DNA from: Clostridiales bacterium
GTDB taxonomy: Bacteria; Bacillota; Clostridia; TANB77; CAG-508
Length of the DNA stretch: 64,000 nucleotides
Direction: 5' to 3'
Assembly (NCBI GenBank): GCA_003525075.1
Contig: DQFO01000008.1
Span: forward strand, 6,287-70,286
Below are positions 41,179 to 48,459 of this stretch, piece by piece. Position 1 is the first letter of the stretch. Every line of letters begins with the position of its first letter. The notes under the pieces were generated by a model that worked only from the letters and a program-made list of their open reading frames with translations, was not told the DNA's origin and searched no databases. Both the position numbers and the translations under genes were made by a program.

Positions 41179-41640
41179 TTAATTATTTTTTTTAAATAAT
41201 TTCATAATCTTACTTAGAATTTTCTTAAATATATTTTGTTCTTTATATTCAATAAGTTGTGTATACTCTTGATTAATTTTATTATCTTCAACTATTTGTC
41301 CTTTTTTCTTAAATAAATTATCTGGATTATATCTTTCCCTCAATTCTTCTTCTTTTCTTTTATCATTTTCAGAATAAAGTTTAATTAACTCTTTCTTTTC
41401 ATTTTCATCTTCACACCAATAATTAATATTTAACATTGCTAAAATTATTAAAGTTTTTTTCTGCAATTTTTGCTCATCTAGTGGTATAGTTGGCTCTATA
41501 TTAGGCTTATAGTCTTTCAATTTTTCTTCTCTAAATAATTCCATTAATTTTAATGGTATTTTATCTATATATTTTGGTTCCATAAAAGATAAAATCTCAT
41601 ATACTTCTGCATAAGCAATTGATAATTCATTATTTTCCAT
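41179..41640 (-). CDS. Hypothetical protein (153 aa), first gene of the three-gene orphan module
   Basis: GGGAGA RBS. Helical and charged, with no recognised motif. Confidence 0.5.
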   Translation of the reverse strand: MENNELSIAYAEVYEILSFMEPKYIDKIPLKLMELFREEKLKDYKPNIEPTIPLDEQKLQKKTLIILAMLNINYWCEDENEKKELIKLYSENDKRKEEELRERYNPDNLFKKKGQIVEDNKINQEYTQLIEYKEQNIFKKILSKIMKLFKKNN

Positions 41641-41679
41641 ATAATTTCTCCCATTTCAATTATTTTTACTCAATCTATC

Positions 41680-41703
41680 TATAATCTTAAATTTAAGATT
41701 ATA
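41680..41703. promoter_or_regulatory. Perfect 24-nt palindrome (tATAATCTTAAATTTAAGATTATa), a putative operator over the transcription start of the orphan module
   Basis: The sequence is self-complementary. It lies 4 nt downstream of a TTGAGA-17-TATAAA promoter (-35 at 41730-41735, -10 at 41707-41712, minus strand). Confidence 0.5.
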
Positions 41704-41871
41704 ATTTTTATAATTATTTATTTTTTTCTTCTCAAATATTTGTATATATCAATTATAAGCTATATTGTTAAATAAATCAATGTTATTTTTATTCATTAAG
41801 TTATATACTTAATGAATTTTTTGATATATTTTTTATACATAGCAATAAAAAAATTTCAATAATTTACTATA

Positions 41872-41918
41872 TTCAAAAAAATAATCATAAATTATTAAAA
41901 ATCTTTAATAATTTATGA
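41872..41918 (-). terminator. Terminator of the ABC ATPase/permease operon
   Basis: A 15-bp perfect stem (tcataaattattaaa / tttaataatttatga) followed by a T-run on the minus strand, just after the permease stop codon. Confidence 0.7.
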
Positions 41919-41926
41919 CTATTTTT

Positions 41927-44485
41927 TTATACATTTTCATTTCTAATAGTTTCAATTGTATTTTGTTTATTAATTTTATAAATTGAATATCTCATAATAA
42001 TAAATATAAATATAAATACAAAAACTGCAGAAATTAAAATTGCATTTGTAGGTATATACATACCTTTTTGAAATTTTACTGAAAATGCTTTATATATTGC
42101 AAATGTTCCAAGTAATCCCATAATTGTTCCTATAATCCATGCTTTAGTTCCATAAAATATAGTTTCTAAATTTATCATCCTATCAAATTCTTTTGATGTC
42201 ATTCCTATTGATTTTAACATTGCAAATTCTTTTTGTCTTAATTCCATATTTGATGTAATTGTGTTAAAAATATTTGTAATTCCTATTAATGTTATTACTG
42301 TTATAAATCCATATAAGAATATTTTTGTTACTAATACCATTGCACTTTCTTCTTTGGCAGATGCATCAATATTATAAATTCTAATATCTAAATGTAAAGC
42401 ATCTATATCTTTCTCTAGTTGGTCTGGATTATTTGATTGTATTGTTACTGTATTATATACTGGCTTTTCCTCATTTTCTAATTGTGATATATCTAAAATT
42501 AAATATCCACCTTCATAATAACTTCTATCAATTCCATCTGGTTTAATTGTTGAAATTGCACCAACTTCTACTGAACGTTGTTTATCATTGTAATCTTTTC
42601 CTTCTATTATATCTCCAACATTGTATTTATATTTTCTTCCATTTTTTACTTGACCATCTTCTATCCAACTTACTTCGTCACACAATATTCCTTTATCTTT
42701 TACTTTATCATATTTAGCACCAATTTTACTTACATATCTTTTAAATGAATCACTATCTAATGCCATAATTTGTAATGCTGAATATTTCTCCCCTGTCTCT
42801 ATGAATTCTTCATTTTCTTCATCATAATATCCTTCTTCTGACAATGTACCAGAAGCTAAATTAATTTTATCAATATCTTTTATTTTTATAACTCCATTAT
42901 TTGAATTATACAATATTGAATATTTTTCTATATTATCTAATGAAATTATTCTATCTATTTCTTCATTTGATACTTTTCCAACATTTAATTGTATATTATA
43001 ATCATAGTCTTTATAATATTTTTGTGATTCTTGGAACATATTAGTTATAAATGCATTCATTGTGATAAATACAAATATGCTTACCGCAATTGATACAACT
43101 GTTGTTCTATATTTTTTCTTACTTCTTTTTAAGTTTTTATATGCTAATTCTCCACCAGTTTTAAATAATTTTGATATAATCTTTGGTACTTTTAATTTTT
43201 TTGAATTTAGTTTTATATCTTTAGAGCCTCTTAATCCTTCTATTGGGCTTACTCTACTTGCTTTTATAGCAGATGCTATTGATGATAAATATATTGTTAC
43301 AAATCCTAACACTGCTGATAAAATAATTGGTAATATTGATATTTTAAATACTAATCCATCAACATGTTGTAATAAATAATCACCTAAAAGTGAATTTACT
43401 ATTTGTATTAATACAAATACTGCAAAAAATCCTGATAGTATTCCTAAAGGTATTCCTATTAATCCTAATATTAATCCTTCTTGTATTACATTTTTTCTTA
43501 TTTGTCTTTTGGTTGCTCCAACACTTGCAAGCATTGAATACATTTTTATTTTTTCTGTTATTGATATTGCAAATGAATTTCTTATACAAAATATACTTGT
43601 AAATAATATTATTACTATTACTACTCCAATTACTGAATATAACATAGTAACTGTTGAATCTGAAAATGCAAATGCTTCCCATCTTAATAATTCTTTATTT
43701 AAAGTATAATCATATTTGGTCTCAGTGTCATTTTTTGACAAACTTTCATAACTTTGAACTCCTAATATTTGAGGTATTGTCTCTTTATAATTTTTTGGTG
43801 ATTTTAAACTTATATATAAATCAGATCTTCCTGTACTTATTCCTGTTGTAATTACAGTATATCCTGGCTCTGAATATTTTTCAAAACTTGTATCTGGTCT
43901 TTCTATGATTCCTACTATTTTAAATGAATAATTTGTTGTATTTATTATCTCTTCTGCATCATATATATTATCATATTCTTTTTCATTAACTCCTGGTTTT
44001 ATACTTCTTGTTCCAACATTTAAATTGATTGTGTCTCCTATTTTGTATTCTACTTTTCCATTTGCCATTATCGTTTTACTAATTACTACTTCATTATTAT
44101 TAACTGGAAATCTGCCTTCTATTAATTCAAAATGCAAATCATTAAATGAACTCTCATTCATAGAAATTAATCTTGCATAAGGTTTATACTCATTTTGACT
44201 TCCTTGTAAAATTGAATATCCACATATTTTTATTGCAAATATATCTTTTACATCTCTATTATTTTGTATATCTTTTATTTCTTCATCACTAACATTTTCT
44301 AACTTCAAATGCCAATATCCTGATTGATTTTTTGCATTTTCTACTAATGTTGCTTGAAAACTCATTCCCATACTTGCAACAGCACATATTAATGCTACTG
44401 ATAATATTATTCCTATTATTGTACTTATTGTTCTTTTTTTATTTAATTTTAAATTTCTGATAGATAAACTTGTAAGAATGTTCAT
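41927..44485 (-). CDS. ABC transporter permease with two FtsX-type domains and large extracytoplasmic loops
   Basis: 852 aa. Two 4-TM FtsX modules (..MLASVGATKRQIRKNV.. and ..MLKSIGMTSKEF..) are each preceded by a large loop. Confidence 0.85.
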   Translation of the reverse strand: MNILTSLSIRNLKLNKKRTISTIIGIILSVALICAVASMGMSFQATLVENAKNQSGYWHLKLENVSDEEIKDIQNNRDVKDIFAIKICGYSILQGSQNEYKPYARLISMNESSFNDLHFELIEGRFPVNNNEVVISKTIMANGKVEYKIGDTINLNVGTRSIKPGVNEKEYDNIYDAEEIINTTNYSFKIVGIIERPDTSFEKYSEPGYTVITTGISTGRSDLYISLKSPKNYKETIPQILGVQSYESLSKNDTETKYDYTLNKELLRWEAFAFSDSTVTMLYSVIGVVIVIILFTSIFCIRNSFAISITEKIKMYSMLASVGATKRQIRKNVIQEGLILGLIGIPLGILSGFFAVFVLIQIVNSLLGDYLLQHVDGLVFKISILPIILSAVLGFVTIYLSSIASAIKASRVSPIEGLRGSKDIKLNSKKLKVPKIISKLFKTGGELAYKNLKRSKKKYRTTVVSIAVSIFVFITMNAFITNMFQESQKYYKDYDYNIQLNVGKVSNEEIDRIISLDNIEKYSILYNSNNGVIKIKDIDKINLASGTLSEEGYYDEENEEFIETGEKYSALQIMALDSDSFKRYVSKIGAKYDKVKDKGILCDEVSWIEDGQVKNGRKYKYNVGDIIEGKDYNDKQRSVEVGAISTIKPDGIDRSYYEGGYLILDISQLENEEKPVYNTVTIQSNNPDQLEKDIDALHLDIRIYNIDASAKEESAMVLVTKIFLYGFITVITLIGITNIFNTITSNMELRQKEFAMLKSIGMTSKEFDRMINLETIFYGTKAWIIGTIMGLLGTFAIYKAFSVKFQKGMYIPTNAILISAVFVFIFIFIIMRYSIYKINKQNTIETIRNENV

Positions 44486-44488
44486 TTA

Positions 44489-45160
44489 TTACACCTCCTC
44501 AACAATTTTTCCATCTTCAATTTTTATAATTCTATCTGCAACTTTTGCTATTTCTAGATTGTGTGTTATCATTATTATTGTTTGTTTATAATCTTTATTT
44601 GATTTTTTTAATAATGTTACAATTTCATCACTTGCTTTAGAATCCAAATTTCCTGTTGGCTCATCTGCTAATATAATTGCTGGATTTGTTATCATTGCTC
44701 TTCCTATTGATGTTCTTTGTTGTTGACCTCCTGATAATTCATTTGGTAAATGTGTTCTTCTTTCTTCTAATCCTAATACTTTTATTAATTCATCAAGTCT
44801 TTGTTTATCTATATTTTTGTTATCTAATTTTAATGGTAATGTGATATTTTCTTCTACATTTAATATTGGTATTAAATTATAAAATTGATATATTAATCCA
44901 ACTTGTCTTCTTCTAAATATTGCTAGTTCATCATCATTAAATTTATAAATATCTTTTCCGTCTATAAATACTTTTCCACTTGTTGGTCTATCAACTCCTC
45001 CTATTAAATGTAATAGTGTTGATTTTCCACTTCCTGATGCTCCTACTATTGCTACAAATTCACCTTTATTTACTGTAAATGAAACATTATCTAATGCTGT
45101 TACTTTATTTTCTCCTTTTCCATATTGCTTACATAAGTTTTCAACTTTTAATATTTCCAT
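44489..45160 (-). CDS. ABC transporter ATP-binding protein (MacB/LolD-like)
   Basis: GASGSGKSTLLH, LSGGQQQRTSIGRA and ILADEPTGNLD. Its stop is 3 nt from the permease start. Confidence 0.92.
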   Translation of the reverse strand: MEILKVENLCKQYGKGENKVTALDNVSFTVNKGEFVAIVGASGSGKSTLLHLIGGVDRPTSGKVFIDGKDIYKFNDDELAIFRRRQVGLIYQFYNLIPILNVEENITLPLKLDNKNIDKQRLDELIKVLGLEERRTHLPNELSGGQQQRTSIGRAMITNPAIILADEPTGNLDSKASDEIVTLLKKSNKDYKQTIIMITHNLEIAKVADRIIKIEDGKIVEEV

Positions 45161-45261
45161 TTAATTTCCTCGTACAATGAAATGCTACATTATACGAACT
45201 CCTTTCTTTTTATTTTTCTAGTTTTATTATACAATGTTATAAGTGACTATTAAATGACATT

Positions 45262-45292
45262 AAAAAAGATTTAAGAAATTCTTCTTAAATCT
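45262..45292 (-). terminator. Terminator after the kinase-NUDIX gene
   Basis: An 11-bp perfect stem (agatttaagaa / ttcttaaatct) plus T5 on the minus strand. Confidence 0.6.
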
Positions 45293-45317
45293 ATCTATTC
45301 TCATTAAATCTTTTTGC

Positions 45318-46892
45318 TCATCTTTGTTCCAATATTTTCAATAAAAAATTCCATGGTCCTGTTTTATCTGTTAATCCATCATAATTATTATTAATTCTTT
45401 CTAATACTTCCTCTTTAGTAAAAAATTTTATTTCTGAAACTTCCTCTTCTTGTAATTTAACTTTTGATATGTCTATGTTTTTTGTAATCAAATAACATTC
45501 ATTAAATTGATTATTAGTAATCTTTCCTTTTGTTGTTTTTGAACATGATCCAACTAAATATTTTATATCCTTATCACATATATCTATTCCAAGCTCTTCC
45601 TTACATTCTCTTATTAATGCTTGTCTACCAAATTCTCCTGAATCAACATGTCCTCCAACTGTTACATCCCATAAATTAGGCCATAATTTTTTGTTTGCAC
45701 TTCTTTTTTGAAGTAATATATTTAAATCTTTATCTATAACAAATGCATATACACATCTATGCCACAAACCTTTTTTATGACACTCTTCTCTTGTTTCTAT
45801 TATTCCTGTAAATTCTCCTCTTTCATTTAAAACATCTAATTTTTCTTTTTTCATATATTCTGTAACTTCTTTTTCTAATCTTGTCCCGATTTCATCTAAA
45901 TGTTCATATAAATATCTACATAAATTAGTTCTAAAAATTGCAAAGTTTAATAATTCTGTTTGTTCATAATTTTCATTATATTGCTTATATCCATATAAGC
46001 TTCCCACAATTTGTATTAAATAAATATATGCACAATATTTTAAATCAAATTCATTTAATTTTACATATTTTGAAACTTCCCTAACATATTCTATAAAAGT
46101 ATCTATATTCATCTCTCCATTTTTTACATCTTTATCAATATATGTATATGATCTTATTATTTCCCACATTATTGGTAATCTCTTTGCAGATTCAAAATCA
46201 ATTACTGATGTTTCTTTTTCATTATTATATATCAATTGTTGAACACTATAATCTCCATGACTATTCATTATTGACATTTTTGAAATAATTGAAAAATCAA
46301 ATTGTTCTTTTAGTTTTTTTGAAATTTTAATTTTATTTTCTAAATCTTTTAAGAAAACTTCTTTATATTTATTATCTTTTTTTATTGATTTCTTAAAGTC
46401 TTCCATTTGAATTATTTTATTTTCTAAACTTTCTTTTGAAAACCATTTTTCAATTATGTTTTCATCATCAAGTTTTTTATATTTTTGAAGCTCTTTTATT
46501 ATTCTTCCAAGTATTGTTGCACTTTCTATCACTTTATCATGATCACCTGTATTATTCTCAATTGTATATCCATCGATAAATTTTTGGAGTATTATTATTT
46601 CATTTTCATATTTTATATAAAATTCATTTGATTTTGTTTTTATGTATTGAGGAACACTTATTTTTCTACATCTCAAAAAGTTAATTATTTGTATCTCTTT
46701 TTCTATAGATTCTTCTTTTCTGCTTTCATCAAATTCTTTTAATATATATTTTTGTTCATCTTCAGCAAAAATTATATATATATTTGCTGTTCCTTTTTCT
46801 ATTTTTTCAATTTTATTTACAGCTATTTCATACTTTTCTTGTAACATATTTTTTATTTTAACTTCATTTAATTTTGATTTATATATTGACAT
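45318..46892 (-). CDS. Fusion protein: APH/choline-kinase-like phosphotransferase domain plus C-terminal NUDIX hydrolase domain
   Basis: Kinase catalytic region NSHGDYSVQQLI...VIDFESA. The Nudix domain has GLWHRCVYAFVI...GGHVDSGEFGRQALIRECKEELGI. The start is set at the ATG 6 nt after GGAGA (the tracked ORF starts at a TTG 4 codons upstream). Confidence 0.75.
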   Translation of the reverse strand: MSIYKSKLNEVKIKNMLQEKYEIAVNKIEKIEKGTANIYIIFAEDEQKYILKEFDESRKEESIEKEIQIINFLRCRKISVPQYIKTKSNEFYIKYENEIIILQKFIDGYTIENNTGDHDKVIESATILGRIIKELQKYKKLDDENIIEKWFSKESLENKIIQMEDFKKSIKKDNKYKEVFLKDLENKIKISKKLKEQFDFSIISKMSIMNSHGDYSVQQLIYNNEKETSVIDFESAKRLPIMWEIIRSYTYIDKDVKNGEMNIDTFIEYVREVSKYVKLNEFDLKYCAYIYLIQIVGSLYGYKQYNENYEQTELLNFAIFRTNLCRYLYEHLDEIGTRLEKEVTEYMKKEKLDVLNERGEFTGIIETREECHKKGLWHRCVYAFVIDKDLNILLQKRSANKKLWPNLWDVTVGGHVDSGEFGRQALIRECKEELGIDICDKDIKYLVGSCSKTTKGKITNNQFNECYLITKNIDISKVKLQEEEVSEIKFFTKEEVLERINNNYDGLTDKTGPWNFLLKILEQR

Positions 46893-46957
46893 TTTTTTCT
46901 CCAATCATAATTTTACTTTTTTCTTTACTTCTCCATATATTTTTAATACTTTCAAAA

Positions 46958-47010
46958 ACAGAAAACAAAGAAATGCTAACATATATCAATGTCTACATCA
47001 CTTTGTTTTA
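46958..47010 (+). repeat. Left copy of a ~56-nt imperfect direct repeat (partner at 59889-59944)
   Basis: By hand alignment, about 46 of 56 positions are identical. Exact blocks include GAAATG, AACATATAT and ATGTCTACAT. Confidence 0.5.
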
Positions 47011-47013
47011 ATT

Positions 47014-48009
47014 TTAATCTTTTACATTATAATATACTGTTTTATCATTATATGTTATTTTATAATATTCTTCTGGTAATGCTGTTATAGAGTTTATATA
47101 ATATGGTATAATTGTTATCATCTGATTTCCATCTTTATCAAACATTTGATATCCTCTGTCTTTTCTCTCATAAGTTTCTGATATTTCTATTTCTTCTGTA
47201 TATTCTGCATACTTTTTCTTCCTTAATTGTCGTAATACTTCATCTTTCTTTAATTTACTATTATCACTACCTGTTATTTCATCTATGTTTGCAATTATAT
47301 CATTTGGTATTATTTCATCAAATTCTTTCCAGTTTTCTTCTGGGATTGATTTTGATATTTTTGTTCTTTGTTCAATTTTTACTTTATATATATTTTTTAA
47401 CAAATTATTTTCATTTCCGTTTACTTTTATTATTTTATATAAACTGCCAATTTTTACTTCATGTCCTCTTACTATATCTATAGTTGCTCTATCTTGTACA
47501 TCTATCATCTCATTGCTTTGTTTTTTTTCATCATCATATACCCATTTATATAATTTAATTTCTAAGTCAAAGCTATTAATATTTGAAAAACCATTTTTGT
47601 AGTCTTGAACTGTATATCCATATTTATTTAATTTTTCCTTATTTGTTTTTAAATTTAATGCATCTAAATCTCTTTTATAAAAACTATATAAGTTTATACT
47701 TGTTGTATCTTGTAATCCTATCTTTTCATATGAATACAATCTTACACCATTTATATATCTAGTTGTTACTTCTATACTATAATTAGTGGTATCATTTTCA
47801 TTTTTGTCAAACCTGAAATATAATTGTGGTCCTTGTTCTTCATCATATTTAATATCTGTTAAATACAATGTAATATCTTCTTTACTTATTAGTTTTACTT
47901 CTTTTCCATCATATTTTTTTGTTACACTTATTTTTAATATTAAAACTCCTATTATAACAATTGCTATTATAATTCCTACTATTTTTAATACTGTTTTTAT
48001 TTTTTCCAT
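47014..48009 (-). CDS. Membrane-anchored hypothetical protein (331 aa)
   Basis: N-terminal TM helix and AAAGGAGA RBS. No recognised motif. Confidence 0.5.
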   Translation of the reverse strand: MEKIKTVLKIVGIIIAIVIIGVLILKISVTKKYDGKEVKLISKEDITLYLTDIKYDEEQGPQLYFRFDKNENDTTNYSIEVTTRYINGVRLYSYEKIGLQDTTSINLYSFYKRDLDALNLKTNKEKLNKYGYTVQDYKNGFSNINSFDLEIKLYKWVYDDEKKQSNEMIDVQDRATIDIVRGHEVKIGSLYKIIKVNGNENNLLKNIYKVKIEQRTKISKSIPEENWKEFDEIIPNDIIANIDEITGSDNSKLKKDEVLRQLRKKKYAEYTEEIEISETYERKDRGYQMFDKDGNQMITIIPYYINSITALPEEYYKITYNDKTVYYNVKD

Positions 48010-48078
48010 ATCCTTTTCTCCTTTTATTTTATAATTAAATTATATCATAACATGTCTAATTTAACAACTTGCCTAAGT

Positions 48079-48109
48079 AAAAAAGACTGGCATCTTTACA
48101 ATGTCAGCC
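48079..48109 (-). terminator. Terminator following the SEC-C remnant
   Basis: Hairpin ggctgacat/atgccagtc (8 of 9 positions paired, one a G-U pair) followed by T6 on the minus strand. Confidence 0.5.
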
Positions 48110-48172
48110 TTTTTACTATTTTAATTTTTTGGTGTTTATTTCAACTTATATAAATATTAGTAACCTTTCCAA

Positions 48173-48382
48173 TTACTGGTTTTTACCACAGCAGTTTTTG
48201 TACTTTTTACCACTTCCACATGGACTGTTCCCTTCAGTATATATAGTACATATAGTATTTATAGTATTATTTGTATTTCAAGTCTTTTTCAGACAAGTAA
48301 CTTTTGGTATATATAGTATTTATTTTATTATCAGTATTTATTCCCTGCGAACATTTTGTGAACATTGTTCGCAATATTTCAT
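48173..48382 (-). pseudogene. Degenerate small gene ending in a SEC-C motif (..[17 protein letters not shown]); no intact reading frame
   Basis: The minus strand has an ATG (MKYCEQCSQNVRRE*) followed by two frame changes. The last 34 codons (48173-48277) have no start codon. The first Zn-ligand Cys of the CxC is Ser. Internal AATACTATA-type repeats are present. Confidence 0.4.
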
Positions 48383-48459
48383 CTTACTATATTAATTATA
48401 TAATTACTTATATATAATTTCAAGTCAAAAATTCTATTTTCTTGTAATTTTATTAATCT

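Noticed and set aside
43380-43682. A 100-aa minus-strand ORF inside the ABC permease gene. The 86-aa ORF at 11291-11551 and the 85-aa ORF at 19151-19408 are similar cases.
   Set aside because: These are alternative-frame or antisense overlaps with strongly supported genes, and their Asn/Lys/Ile-rich composition is junk.
48129-48395. An 88-aa plus-strand ORF downstream of helD.
   Set aside because: It lies antisense to the SEC-C remnant, has no RBS and is low complexity. The minus-strand SEC-C coding signal is the recognisable feature here.
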